Assembly (NCBI GenBank): GCA_963924565.1
Contig: CAWUQB010000058.1
Coordinates: forward strand, 1 to 60,413
Origin: Ascidiella aspersa
Taxonomy: Eukaryota
Length of the DNA stretch: 60,413 nucleotides
Direction: 5' to 3'
The notes under the pieces are model-generated. The model was not told the DNA's origin. It was given only the letters and a program-made list of their open reading frames with translations, and did no database searches. Shown here one piece after another: positions 12,401 to 27,400 of the stretch (its first letter is position 1; every line of letters begins with the position of its first letter). The position numbers were made by a program, and so were the translations under genes.

Positions 12401-15400
12401 TTGGTATCTGGAGATGCCAGTGGTGTTGTAATAGCGGGTAATACACTGACACTTAACCTCGAACCCTATCAATACCTGAAGGTTGGAGAAACCAACCCGA
12501 TTGAGTACAGCTATACCATTGAAGACGGTAATGGTGGCTTTGTTTCTCAAACGGCCATGATTACGGTGACAGGCAGTAACGATGGCCCTCAGGTGGAATC
12601 ATCAATCACTCAGGAGGTTGAGGAAAGTGAGAATGAGTTTACTGTCAATCTACTGTCTGGTGTGACAGATGTTGATGATGCAGAAAATTTGCAAGTGACC
12701 AACTTTTCTCTGGTCAGTGGTGATGGCAGTGGTGCCCGCCTGTCAGGTAATCAACTGGTTGTGACCCCGCAGGATTATGGTGCTTTGGCAGCAGGGGAGT
12801 CCGAGTCTCTGGTTTATGAGTTTGATGTACAAGATGGCTCGGGTGCGACGGTACGTCAGACGGCTACTATCACTATTATGGGAGGTAATACAGCACCAGA
12901 GATTAGTGGAGAGATAACAGCAGAAACCACTGAAGGGGCCAGTATCTTTTCCATTAACCTTTTGCGTAATGCGTCAGATACTGATGCCGGTGACACATTG
13001 GCAGTACAGGAAGGCAGTATTATTTTAATCAGTGGTGATGATGTTGGTATTTCCTTTAATAAGAACACAGTATTTGTTGACCCGTTAGGGTATGAATATC
13101 TGCCTGAAGGTGAGCAGGCAGTGGTTCGCTACAGCTATCAGGTTGTAGATAGTGGTGGTGCAACAGCGTCTCATTCGATAGCAATAACCATTTCCGGCAG
13201 CAATGACCAGCCTGTTGTGGAGGCTGTTGATATAAGTGGTGGTGAAGATGCCACTGTAACGGGCAGCTTTTCAGTATCGGATAAGGACAGCAGTGATGCC
13301 CATGCATTCAGTATCTTAACTCTGCCTGATCGTGGAACAGTGACTAATAATAATGATGGTACCTTCAGCTTTAATCCCGATTCTGACTTCCAGCAATTGA
13401 ATGAGGGAGAAACTCAGCAGGTTACCTTTACTTATGCGGCTATCGATAGTTCAGGGGCAATTGACGCGAACAGTGAAACCGAAGTGGTGACTATCACCAT
13501 TACTGGCAGCAATGATCAGCCTATAGCAGAAGTAGTCACTATCGAAAGTATCGAAGGAGGAAGTCTCGTTAGCGGTTCCTTTGAGGTGACAGACCATGAC
13601 GAGGGCAGCTCGCATACTTTTAGTATTCTGACTCAGCCTGAGGCAGGAATCGTTGTTAATAATAATGATGGCACATTTAGCTTTAGTCCTGGTAGTGGCT
13701 TTCAAAGCCTATCGGAGGGCGAAGCTCAGGAAGTGACGTTTACCTATCAGGCGGTTGATAACTCCGGAGCAAGCAATGCAGTCAGTGAACCTCAGACCGT
13801 AACTGTCAGGGTGACAGGCACTAATGACCAGCCTGAAGTTGCAGCGTTCAGTCTCAATGCCACAGATGGCAGCAGTGCGGTTATTGCGAACTTTGAAGTG
13901 ACCGATGCAGACAGTGCGGATAATCATACCTTTACTATCCTGAGTGAGCCAACAGAAGGGATCTTGACCAATAATGGTGATGGGTCATTCAGTTTTGATC
14001 CGGGTAATGATTTTGGCGACTTGTCAGGTAATGAAACAAGACAAGTAACGTTTACTTATATTGCCGTTGATAACTCAGGCTCCAGTAGTTCAGAAAGTGA
14101 AGTGAATACGGTGACTGTCGTTGTGTTGGGCACAAACAGTCAGCCTGTTGTGCAGGACCTTTCACTCAATGGTACGGCTGATGGAAGCTTGATTACTGGT
14201 GATTTTGTTGTTTCTGATGATGATACGACAAATTTACATACCTTTAATATTTTGAATGGCCCTGCTGAGGGGAGTGTAACCAATAATAATGATGGCAGTT
14301 TCAGCTTTAATCCCGGCAGTGATTTTCAGGATATGGCTGAAGGTGAAACACGACAAATATCTTTTACTTATGAGGCGGTAGATGACTCTGAAGCTGATAA
14401 TAATGCCAGTGAAGCAAAAACAATAACGATTACAGTAACAGGGACGAATGATCAGCCAGTAGCAGAAGTGGTCAATGTCGATGCAATAGAGAGTGATGCA
14501 GTGATGGGCAGCTTCTCGGTCACAGATAGCGATAGTACCGATACCCATACCTTTAGCATCACCACTCAGCCAGCAGAAGGCGCAGTGACTAATAATAATG
14601 ATGGTACTTTCAGTTTTTCCCCCGGTAGTAATTTCCAGAGCCTTGGTGAAGGTGAAACGCGTGATGTTACGTTCCAGTATGTAGCGATTGATGATTCGGG
14701 AACAGATACAGATACCAGTGAACCACAAACAGTGACTATTACTGTTACAGGAACCAATGATAAACCCATAGCCGAAGTTGTCAGTCTCAGTTCAGGAGAT
14801 ACTTCGGCGGTCTCAGGCTCTTTTGTTGTCAGTGATGCTGACAGCAATGACGACCATACGTTTTCTATTGTTACTCCGCCAGCGACTGGCACCGTGATAA
14901 ACAACAATGATGGAACCTTCAGTTTTGATCCTGGCAGTGATTTTAAGGACTTATCAGAAGGTGAAATCCGCGAGATAACCTTCACCTATGTCGCGGATGA
15001 TGGTTCTGGTGCTGAAAATGCCCGTAGTGATGTAACAACGGTTAGCATTACCGTCACGGGTAGTAATGACAGACCTGTAGCCGAAGTGGTCAGCATAGCA
15101 GCCAGTGAAGGAGCTAGTCCTGTGACAGGTAGCTTTGCTGTTACTGATGGAGATACAGGGGACAATCATACCTTTAATATCACCAGGCAACCCTCAGAAG
15201 GTACCGTTACCAATAATAATGATGGGACATTTATCTTTGTTCCCGGGGATGCGTTTGAGGATTTGGGTGAAGGGGAAATCCGGGATATTACCTTCGAGTA
15301 TGTGGCTGTTGATGATTCGGGAACCGACACGGACACCAGTGAAGCGCAAACTGTTACAATTACCGTGACAGGGACCAATGATAAACCGCAGGCTGATGTG

Positions 15401-18400
15401 GTCAATATTGAGACGGCAGGCGGTGATGGTTTGGCTTCAGGCTCCTTTGTTGTAACGGATGCAGATCACAGCGATGACCATAGCTTTAGTATTGCCGGCC
15501 AGCCTTCATCCGGTACCGTGACCAATAATAATGATGGTACTTTCAGCTTTGATCCGGGTGATGATTTTCAGGACTTAGCCGATGGCGAAACACGCGAGGT
15601 TACGTTTACCTACGTTGCAACGGATGATTCTGGTGCAGATAATGCCAGCAGTGACCCACAAACAGTCACTATTACCGTTACCGGTAGCAATGCTCGTCCG
15701 GTGGTTGAAGTAGTCAACGTTTCAGCCAGAGAGGGAATGGAGTCCATTACTGGGAGTTTCGCCGTAGTTGATGTGGATAGTTCTGATACGCACTCCTTTT
15801 CAATTAGCAATCAGCCGGCAGAAGGTACCGTTACCAATAATAATGATGGGACGTTTAGTTTTACTCTGGGAAGCGACTTTGAAGACTTGGGTGAAGGTGA
15901 AACACGTGATGTGTCGTTTGAATATATCGCTGTCGATGATTCAGGTACTGATACTGATACCAGTGAACCACAAACAGTGACGATTACAGTCACAGGGACG
16001 AATGATAAACCTGAAGCTGAAGTCGTCAGCGTTGAAGTGATAGATGGATCGGGGGTTATTACAGGAAACTTTACGGTAACTGATTCTGACAGTAATGATA
16101 CTCATACCTTTACGATCACCAGTCAACCCGAGGCAGGAGCAGTCACCAACAATAGTGATGGCTCGTTTAGCTTTGATCCCGGTTCTGACTTCAGTTATTT
16201 ACTATCAGGTGAAACACGTGAGATAACGTTTAATTACAGAGTCGCTGATGGATCAGGAGCGGATAATTCAGTCAGTGATGAAAGCACGGTAACGCTCACT
16301 GTCACGGGTACCAATGACCGCCCGATAGCCGAAGTGGTTGCCATTGAGGCTGTTGAAGAAGGATATGATGTAATAGGCAGTTTTGGTGTTACAGATAGAG
16401 ATAATAATGATACCCATACTTATACGATTACCAAACAGCCTTCAGAAGGTGTCGTGACGAATAATAATGATGGCACGTTCAAGTTTGCGGTGGGTAATAA
16501 TTTTCAGGACCTTGGTGAAGGTGAAACCAGAGAAGTGACGTTTGAGTATATTGCTATTGATAGCTCTGGGGAAGAAAATGCAACCAGTGAACCTAAAACC
16601 ATTACTGTTACGGTAACTGGCACCAATGATACGCCACAGGCAGAAGTGGTTGCGGTGGGTGCAGGGGAAACGGCAGTCGTAACGGGTGAGTTTTTAGTAA
16701 TGGATTCGGATAGTGGGGATAGCCATACCTTTACTATTCAAACTGAGCCAGAGTCAGGCACTCTGGTCAACAATAATGATGGCACCTTTAGTTTTGATCC
16801 TGGTGATGGCTTCAGACATTTATCAGAAGGTGAAATAAAAGAACTGACGTTTACCTATATTGCGACAGATGATTCAGGAATAGCAAATGATACCAGTGAA
16901 CCTCAAACGGTCACTATCACTATTACTGGTTCTAACGAACGACCTGTCGTAGAGGTACTTGAAGAATTAACGAGCAAAGAAAATACCCTGTCAGCCAGTT
17001 TCAGTGTGGTCGATGGTGATAGCAGTAACAGTCATACCTTCAATATTCTCACAGAGCCTGATAAAGGTACGGTCACCAATAATAACGATGGCACCTTTAG
17101 TTTTGATCCTGGACCTGACTTTGATTATTTGGGAAGCCGTGACAGCGAGGAAATTACGTTTACTTATGAGGCTGTGGATGACTCCGGTGCCAGCAACGCA
17201 ACCAGTGCGCCTCAGACGGTCACTATTGTTGTAACAGGTAACAATCATCAGCCGGAAGCGGAGATGGTGAGTGTCGATATCAATGAAGATACTCATTCAG
17301 TCAGGGGTACTTTTGGTGTTAGCGATGGTGATGAAATTGATACGCATACGTTTGAGATAAGATCCCAGCCAGAAGAGGGAACCGTTGTTAACAATGAAGA
17401 TGGTACCTTCACTTTCACACCTAACCGTACTTTTCAGGACCTGAATAACGGCGAAACGCGTGAGGTAACGTTTTCTTATGTCGCTATTGATGACTCGGGT
17501 ACAGCCAATGCAACCAGTGAAGTGCAAACCGCTACCGTTACAGTCCAGGGTGCGGATGAACCGCCGGAAACCGTTTACTTATCGGATTTAACTGCAACCG
17601 ATGTCACAAATATTACGGACTTGGAGGATGATGGGCTGCAGTTTAAAAATGATGTTCGGCATCTAGGGAACAGTCTTTATATCGATGACACTTATTACGA
17701 AAAAGGGGTTTATCAACTGCCATCAGATAACTCGGTGAGCAAAGCGACCTATGACGTGCCTGAGGGCACTACCCATTTTTCTGCAATACTGGGTTTGGGG
17801 GGCTACGGGGGATCTGTTCGCTTTAGTGTGCTGCTTGATGGTGTAGTGGCTTATCAGAGTGGCACAGTCACGTCATTCAGTGACAAGATTCCTATTAATG
17901 TGCCTATGCATGGTGCGCGTGAAATAAGCCTTCAAGTGGACTCATTGGGTTCCAGTGAAAGTGATCAGGCGATCTGGGCTGATGCGAAACTGATAGTCAT
18001 TCCCCAGACTAATGAAGCCCCGGTAGACATAAAACTTGATATTGACGCGTCAGAAGAGTTTGCCCTCAATCAAAACACCATAGGCCACCAAACAGATCCT
18101 GTTGTGACATCACTAGACTCTGGTGGCTTTATGACAGTCTGGACAAATCAGACGACGAGTAGTTCATCAGGCGGAGATGGTAGCGGGTATTCCGTTAAGG
18201 CGAGAATCTTTGATGAAGCGGGTCATCCTACAGGCAGTGAATTTTTCATTGGAACCAGTACGTCATCAGATCAACAGCAAGCATCAGTCACCACATTAGA
18301 GAATGGTGATGTACTGGTGGTGTGGCGTTCAGCGCATACGGGCAAAGCACAAATATATGGGCGGCGGTTTGATGCGGACGGTAATCCACAAACAGGGGAA

Positions 18401-21400
18401 ATGGCGTTATTGGATGCGGTTGGAACCGGATCAGGCATACCGGATGTGACAGCACTGTCCGATGGTGGCTATCTTGCGGTCTGGAAGGACTGGAGTTTGG
18501 ATGGTAGCTCTCAAGGTATCTATGCCCAGCGCTTTACAGTCGATGATTTTACCGTGGCCATTTCTGACCTGCGCGGTGAAACCTTAGTATTTACCGCCGG
18601 TGGTCTTTCGATGGGTTCTGGGGAAACCGCATCTGTCACCGTTCCTAATGATTTTCTTAGCGGTGATCACCTGTGGGTTGTGGTTGCCGGGGGTGGTTAC
18701 ACCAAGGCTCTGAAAGTTCAAATTACAGATTCCGACAATGGGATTACCTTTACCCAAACCGACGCCCGTTACATCAGCGGTAATGATACCAGCTACGACT
18801 TCGATACCCAGCCATCCTCCGGAAATAACATTGCTAATAGCGATACCTCTCCTGGCTATGGTATTGCTAGCGTGTCCATGGCTGGAAATACGATCGTGGA
18901 TAACTATCTGGGTACTACCGGTCAGGAATGGATTGTTTCTGATGACCAAAGCGCCACAATAGGTGATCAGGATCAGCCAGTCGATGATGAAGGATTAGGA
19001 CAGTTTAAGGTTAACACCTATACAGCAGGTCTACAGGATCACCCTGAAGTGGTGGGCCTCAGTGATGGTGGCTATGTCATTGTTTGGCAGGGACAGGGAG
19101 AGGGCCAAACCTCTAATCATGGCGTGTTCCTGCATCATTACAACGCTGACGGCAGTACCTTGCATGAGGGCGTTGTCAGTACCACTACGTCTGATGACCA
19201 GAGCAGGGCACAGATAACGGCTTTGGCGGGTGGTGGGTATGTAGTCACTTGGTCTAGTGACCATGACGGCATCTACAACACTTATGGCAGGCTATACGAT
19301 TACAGTGGCGAGGCTGTGGGCGATGAGCGGCTACTGACAGAGAGTGACAAAAATCAAACCAATGATGCAGTGGTCGCTCTGGACGACGGTGGTTTTTTAG
19401 TTAGCTGGTCTGAGGACTTCGATACATTTGCTCAGCGCTTTGATGCTCAGGGTTCTGCTGTTGATGAAGCCTTTCGTTTGAATGACCGCAAGGGAGATAC
19501 ACAGGATAGTGTACAGCTGGATGTGCTCAACGATGGCCGGGTTGTAGCCGTCTGGGAATCGGAATCTGCTTTGCAGTATGGCAGTAACAGAGAGGTTTAC
19601 GGGAAAGTACTGGCTCTGAACGGTCTGGCGAAAGACAGTGCCGCAAATGGTGTATCGGTAGGGAAGGTTTCTGTTGATGATCCTGACATTGGTGAACAGC
19701 ACCTGTTTGAGCTGGATGATGATGCGGATGGTCGTTTTGCGATTGATCAGGCGACGGGTGTCATCACTATTGCTGATGCTGACACTATTGACTACAACGA
19801 AAATGAAAGTCATGACATCGCTGTAACCGTGACGGATAACTTCGGCCATTCGATCACAAAAACATTAACCATTGATGTAGCACCGGCTAACCATGCACCG
19901 AACAACCTGAGTTTGGGAATGGTCGATAGTGGTGAATTTACACTGAACCAGCATGACAATACGCCTTATGATCCACACATTACTGCGCTTGATAATGGAG
20001 GGTTCATCACCACTTGGGTTTACCAAGTTGGAGATGCCCAGAACGGTGGCGATGGCAGTAATTTTGGAACCAAGGCTCGCCTGTTTAATGCATATGGACA
20101 GCCTCAGGGTGATGAGTTTGTGGTGACTCAATCCACCGACCATCAGCTGCACTCTTCGGTCACTACGTTGGCTAATGGCGATGTGCTGATGACGTGGGCA
20201 TCGTACCACTCTGATTCTAGCTACCGTGTCTATGGTCGACGTTTTGATGAAGAGAGTCATGCGCTAAGCGACGAGTTTGCATTATTCGAGAGTGCTGGAG
20301 CCCAACAGAGTGTACCTGATGTCTCAGCGCTTGAGGATGGTGGTTATGTTGTGAGCTGGCATGATGCCTCTTTGGATGGCAGCAATAATGGTGTATTTGC
20401 GCAGCGATTTAATGCAGATGATAAAGGCTCAGGACAGTTTCAGGTTAATAGTTATACGGCAGGCCATCAGGACTCTCCTGATACTGCGGGGCTGAGTGAT
20501 GGTGGTTATGTTGTTGTGTGGGATGGCCCCGGTCAAAATGATACCGGCAGTGATAGCATTTATTTGAGGCAATACAGCAGTAATGGTGAGACGGTTCAAG
20601 AAATTCAGGTCAACAATACCACTACGGGTACTCAGGATAAACCGCAGGTGACAGCGCTAACGGAAGGCGGTTTTTTGGTCACCTGGACCTCCAGTCACAG
20701 TGGCTCTTCTGCTATTTATGGTCGCCGCTATGGTGACGATGGAAAGCCAGAGGGCGTAGAGTTTCAGGTCAGCCAAGGCTATGGACTCAATGAGTGGGAC
20801 TCTTCAGTGCTTGCCCTTGATGAAGGGGGTTTTATTGTGAGTTGGCAAGCAGCGGCTCAGGAAGGTGTAGGCATTGAGGTTTATGCTCAAAGGTACGATG
20901 TTAATGCTCAAGCAGTAAACGACATCTTTAGGTTAAATGATAACATTGGCGGTGACCAACAAACGCCTCAGCTGACACAGCTAGCTGATGGCAGGATAGC
21001 ATCCGTCTGGCGCACTCAAGAGAACTCTGATGGCGCTACTTGGGATATTCGGGGCAATGTGTTAGCACTTGATGTTCAGGTGAACGAAGGGGTTGCTGCT
21101 GGCACACCGGTGGGACAGGTCAATGTTAATGATCCTGATGTTGGTGACAGTCATCAGTTTGAGTTGATGGATGACGCTGATGGACGTTTTGCCATTGATC
21201 CGAACACGGGCATTATCACAGTGGTTGATCCGGGTCGGATTGATCATAGCGATGCAGCGCAGCATGACATTATCGTGAAAGTGACTGACAGTGGCGGTAA
21301 TGAGTTATCAGAAAGCATGACACTGGACGTGAAACCGACTAACCGAGCCCCCGCCCGTATGAGTCTGGAGTCGTTTGAAACAGAGGCGTTTCAGCTACAT

Positions 21401-24400
21401 GACTTTACTGAGGGTAGCCAGTATCGCCCATCCATTACAGGACTCGATAACGGGGGCTTTATCAGTGTCTGGGATAATAGTCATAGCTCCAGTTCTACCG
21501 GGGGGGATGGTAGTGGCGAAGCTATTAAGGCGCGTCTTTATAATGAGGACGGTCAGGCGATGGGTGACGAGTTTTTAGTCAATCAAAATACAAGCAGTGT
21601 TCAGTTCTATCCGTCGGTGACGACACTGGCAGACGGTGATGTATTGGTCACTTGGTCAAGTAATCATGAGGGTAGCTTTCGGGTCTATGGTCGACGTTAT
21701 GATGAAAAGGGTCATGCTCAAACCGGCGATTTTGCTCTGTTTGAAAGTGGAGATTCTCATCAGCATCACTCTGAGGTCAGTGCGCTGGCCGATGGTGGCT
21801 ATATCGTCAGCTGGCAAGATAAAGATGGTAGTGAAATGGGCATTTATGCACAGCGCTTTGATGCTGATAATAATGGCTTAGGGCAGGTTCAGGTCAACCG
21901 CTATACAAACAACGATCAAGCAAGGCCTGAGACGGCGGGGCTGGCAGATGGTGGTTACGCTATTGTCTGGTCAGGAAGGGGCAGTGACCAACCAAGTGAT
22001 GATGGCATTTATATACGCCAGTATAATGCAAAGGGCGAAACGGTAAAAGAAGACATCGTTAACACAACACTGGGCAGTTCTCAGAGTAAGGCAGAGATCA
22101 CGGCATTAAATAGTGGTGGCTATTTAGTGAGTTGGTCATCCAATCATGAAGATACGTATAATGTGTATGCTCGTATGTACGATGCGCAGGGCGAGCCTAT
22201 TGGCGATGAGTGGAAGCTCAGTCCTAATGCTTCAGGAGATGAGTGGAAGTTCAGTCCTAATGCTTCACTGGATGAATACAATACTGACATTATTGCTTTG
22301 GACGACGGTGGTTTTATGGCTACCTGGTATAGCAATGGAGAGGGCGCGGGTAATGATGTTTATGCACAGCGCTATGATGCAGAAGGGGGAATGGCGGGTG
22401 ATGTATTCAGATTAAATGATTATATTGGGAGCGATCAGGAGAGTGCCCAGCTAACGCAACTGGCGGATGGAAGGATTGTAGCGGCATGGCAGTCCAACGG
22501 TCAGGATGGTGATAGTGGCGGCGTTTATGGCAAAGTGCTCACCTTGGGCGACACAGTGAAAGACGATGCTGAGGTAGGAGCCGTTGTTGGACAGGTCAGG
22601 ATTGATGATCCGGATCTGGGGGATACCCATCAGTTTGCGCTTGAGGATGATGCCGGCGGACGTTTTGCGATTGATGCTAATACGGGCGTTATTACCGTTG
22701 TAAGCGCTGAATATATTGATTACGGTGATGCCGCTGAGCATGACGTTCAGGTGCGGGTAACAGACAGTGCCGGGCATACTCTCAACCAAACCTTGACCGT
22801 CCATGTCGCACCGGGTAATAGAGCCCCTACTACGTTAAGCATGGGTCGGGCGGAGAGTGATGAGTTTGTCATCAATGAGTCCACGGCTGGACGTCAGGAT
22901 ATGTCTGCTGTTACTGCACTGGACGACGGTAGCATGATGGTTGCTTGGCGTGATGCAGGTACTGGCTCGTTGAAAATGAGGCGTTTGGATGCGGAGGGTG
23001 AACCTGTTAGTGATGAGATTTATCTTGCGGACATCGAAGGTGGGCCTGGCAGCGATCCATCCATTACGACGCTCGCAAACGGTGATGTGCTTGCAACATG
23101 GTCAAGTGAAGCGTCGGGGTCTTATAGGGTTTATGGTCGTCGGTTTGATGAAGAAGGTAACGCCTTATCAGATAAATTTGAACTCTATGAGTCATCGGGA
23201 GCGGGGCAATATCAGCCGGACATAACGACCTTGTCTGATGGTGGGTATCTTGCTGTTTGGCAGGATGCCAGTCAAGACGGAAGCAGTCATGGTGTTTATG
23301 CCCAGCGATTTAATCAGAATGATCAGGGGTTGGGGCAGTTCAAGGTCAATAGTCATACCTCAGGAAGTCAAGAAACACCGCATGCAACAGGGTTGATTGA
23401 TGGCGGTTATGTTGTCGTTTGGAATGGAGCAGGGGCTGATGGGCAAAGTGCAGGCGTCTATTTACGTCATTACGGTGCCAAGGGTGAAACGATTGCAGAA
23501 ATGCCCATCAATCAGGGGGATTCGACGGCAGTTGATGTTCAGATAGCAGCACTTGACGAAGGCGGTTATGTTGCAAGCTGGTCTTCTAATCAGGATGGGA
23601 CGTATCAAATTTATGCCCGCTTATTTGATGCTCAGGGGCAGCCGCAGGGGGATGAGTTTTTAGTTAATGACCAACCGGATTTTGATAGTTTGAATAAATC
23701 CATACTGTCACTAAACGACGGTGGTTTTTTAATGGGCTGGACTACGCATGGTAGTGAGGGTGCTGATGGTGAATTGTTTGCCCAGCGCTTTGATGCCAGT
23801 GGTGCTAAAGAGGGTGACTCCTTTATGCTCAATGACTATATCAGAGACCATCAGGATGGGGTGCAGCTGGATCAACTGGAAGACGGGCGGATTATCTCTG
23901 TATGGGATTCCAACGGGGATGATGGTAATCGTTTCGGAATTTCCGGTAAGCTGTTTTCTCTTGAGGGTGCGGTTAAGGAGAGTGCGCCTGAAGGGACAGT
24001 CGTAGGCAAGATAGACGTTGATGACCCGGATTTAAGGGATACACACCATTTTGAGCTGCTGGATAATGCGGGCGGGCGTTTTAGCATTAATGAAACGACA
24101 GGCATCATTCGTGTGGCTGACCCTGATTCCATTAATTATGAAGATGCAGCCCATCATGAGTTATCGGTCAGGGTAACCGATAGTGCCGGCTATCAGGTGA
24201 CAGAAACCTTCACCATTGATGTCAGTAGAGGCAGCAAACCACCGGTCAGTATGAGCCTGGAAATGGATGGAGGCGAGCCTTTTGCTTTGAATGCTTTTAT
24301 CCCAGGCGATCAAACCACGCCCGTTATTACCTCTTTAAATAACGGTAATTTATTAGCCGTTTGGAAAACGACCAATAACTCTGTGGCGACAGGTGGGGAT

Positions 24401-27400
24401 GGTAGCGGTGGTTCAATTAATGCCCGGATATTGGATGCGAATGGACAACCGCAAAGTCCGGAATTCCGTGTGCATAGAAACACAACCAATGACCAGTCAA
24501 ACCCTGCGGCTACCACACTGATGAATGGCGATGTCCTTATGACATGGACTTCAAACCAATCAGGTGCTTATCGGCTTTATGGGCGTCGATACGACGAGGA
24601 TGGCAATGCGCTGGGGTTAGAATTCTCGATGACTGAAAGTGCGGGTAATGGTCAGTACGAACCCAGCATTTCGGCACTGAAGGATGGCGGTTATTTGGTC
24701 AGTTGGCATGATGACAGCTTGGATGGTAGCTCCTTGGGGGTCTTTGCTCATCGGTTTGATGCAGATGATCAGGGGTTAGGTCAATTCAAAGTGAATACCT
24801 ATACGACAAACCAACAATATAATCCAGATACCACGGGCTTGTCAGATGGTGGATATGTAGTCGCGTGGTCAGGTCGGGGCGCAGACCAAACAGACAATAA
24901 CGGTGTTTACCTCCGTCAATACAGCGCTGATGGGAAAACCGTCGTAGAAAGAACGGTCAGTGATACCATCACCGGAGAGCAAAAGGATGCAAAAATCACT
25001 GCGTTATTTGATGGCGGCTATGTGGTGAGCTGGGTATCCAGTCATGAAGGGGGTTATGCTATTTACGCTCGCCGCTTTACTGCTCAGGGTGAGTCGTTAG
25101 GTGATGAGTTTAAAGTGAGTCCGGATTCATTAAGTGCTGAGTACAATCACGATATTATTGCCCTGGATGATGGCGGTTTTATGGTGAGTTGGGATCAGGG
25201 TAGTAGTGGTGAGGGGGGTTATGCCCGCCGTTTTAATCAATACGGCGAAGAACAGGGTGATGTGATCCAGCTTAATGATGATTACATGGGCGGTGGGCAA
25301 ACGGAGGTGCAGCTGCTACTGATGCCTGATGGTCGGGTGGCCACCGCCTGGCGATCGGATGGTCTGGATGGTCTGGATGGCAGTGGCACAGGGGTTTATG
25401 GTCGCTACCTTTCTCTCGATGGGGTTATCAAAGAGACAGTGCCTGAAGGTACGTCGCTAGGACGTATTCAGGTGAGTGACCCGGATCAGGGGGACACCCA
25501 TACCTATGAACTGACCGATGATGCGGGTGGACGTTTTGCCATTGACTCAAGCACGGGTGTGATCACTGTGGCTGATGCCAGTCAGTTGAATTATCGGGAA
25601 GCCCCAAGCCATGATATCACCGTTAAAATAACGGATAGCACGGGGCATACCCTGACGCAAATATTCACCATTGACGTTGCGGCCTCTCACCGTGCACCGG
25701 TTAGCCTTCGTCTGGAAAGGGTAGCAAGAGAAGAAAGTGAAGAGTTTGATATTAACTCATTCACCAGTGGGGACCAGATAGAGCCGGTATTAAGTGCTTT
25801 GGATAATGGCGGCTTTATGAGTGCCTGGGTGAACTATACCGCGAGCCCATCCAGTGGGGGAGATGGTGATCAATACTCTATAAAAGCGCAGTTATTTGAT
25901 GCAGAGGGCGTGCCTGTAGGCACAGAGTTTCTCGTTAACCAGAGTTCATCCGGTTACCAGTTTCACCCTGCTTCTACAACGTTAGCCAATGGCGATGTGA
26001 TGGTCAGCTGGTCCAGCAACCATAGTGGCAGTTTAAATCGCGTCTATGGGCGCCGCTTTGATGAAGATGGAACGGCTCTGACTGATGAAATGCTCCTGTT
26101 TGAAAGTGCAGGTGGGAGTCAATACCGACCAGAGTTAGGTGCGTTAGCCGATGGCGGCTACGTGGTTAGCTGGCATGACACCAGTCAGGATGGCAGCAGT
26201 GCCGGCATCTTTGCCCAGCGTTTCACCGCTGACAATGAAGGGCAGGGCCAGTTCAGGGTCAATAGTTATACAATAGATGACCAGTCTCAGCCTGATGTGA
26301 CAGGGCTGTCCAATGGGGGCTATGTTATTGCCTGGTACGGACGCGGTGAGGGTCAAACAAATAATAACGGTGTTTACATTCGCCAATACAATGCCAATGG
26401 TGAGACCGTACTGGAAACGTCTGTTAGCAATACAGAAGCCGATAGTCAATACCAGCCACAGATCACCGAGCTGGCTGATGGCCGCTATGTTGTGACGTGG
26501 GCATCCAATCATGATGGGGATTATGATCTGTATGCCAGAATCTTTAATGGTCAAGGTGTACCTCAAGGCGATGAGTTTTTAGTTAGCGAACTCTCCGGAA
26601 TCGAATACGCCAGCGATATCACTTCGTTGGACGACGGTGGTTTTTTAGTCGCCTGGCAGGGGGCTTTGGAAGGCTCGGGTAATGAGGCTTATGCCCGTCG
26701 CTTCAATGCGGAGGGTGAAGCCGTCGGCGATGCTTTCCGGCTCAATGATAATGCGAATGGGGAACAGTCGATGCCAAGGCTGGAGGTATTAGCCGATGGA
26801 CGGATTGTCTCTGCGTGGCAGTCTGAATCTTCTGATGGTAGTGGCTACGGCGCTGTTGGCAAGATATTAAGGCTTGATAGCTTGGTTAAAGAGGGTGCCA
26901 CCGCCGGAACCGTCATAGGGCAGATGCAAGTCGATGACCCTGACCAGAAGGATCAGCATACCTATGAATTGACAGACGATGCCGATGGCCGTTTTGCCAT
27001 TGATCCGAACACGGGCATTATCACAGTGATTGATCCGGGTCGGATTGACCACAGCGATGCAGCGCAGCATGACATTATCGTGAAAGTAACTGACAGTGGC
27101 GGTAATGAGTTATCAGAAAGCATCACACTGGACGTGACACCGGCTAAGGCTAACCGAGCTCCCGCCCGTATGAGTCTGGAGTCGTTTGAAACAGAGGCGT
27201 TTCAGCTACATGAGTTTACAAGTGACGACCAAACAGATCCTGTTGTGACATCACTAGACTCTGGTGGCTTTATGGCAGTCTGGACAACCCAGGCGACGAG
27301 TAGTTCATCAGGCGGAGATGGTAGCGGGTATTCCGTTAAGGCGAGAATCTTTGATGAAGCGGGTCATCCTACAGGCAGTGAATTTTTCATTGGAACCAGT

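Noticed and set aside
22205-22266. Small in-frame duplications in the adhesin (33 bp here; 9 bp near 25368; 12 bp near 42012)
   Set aside because: Ordinary slippage events that keep the frame, with no sign of a separate function.
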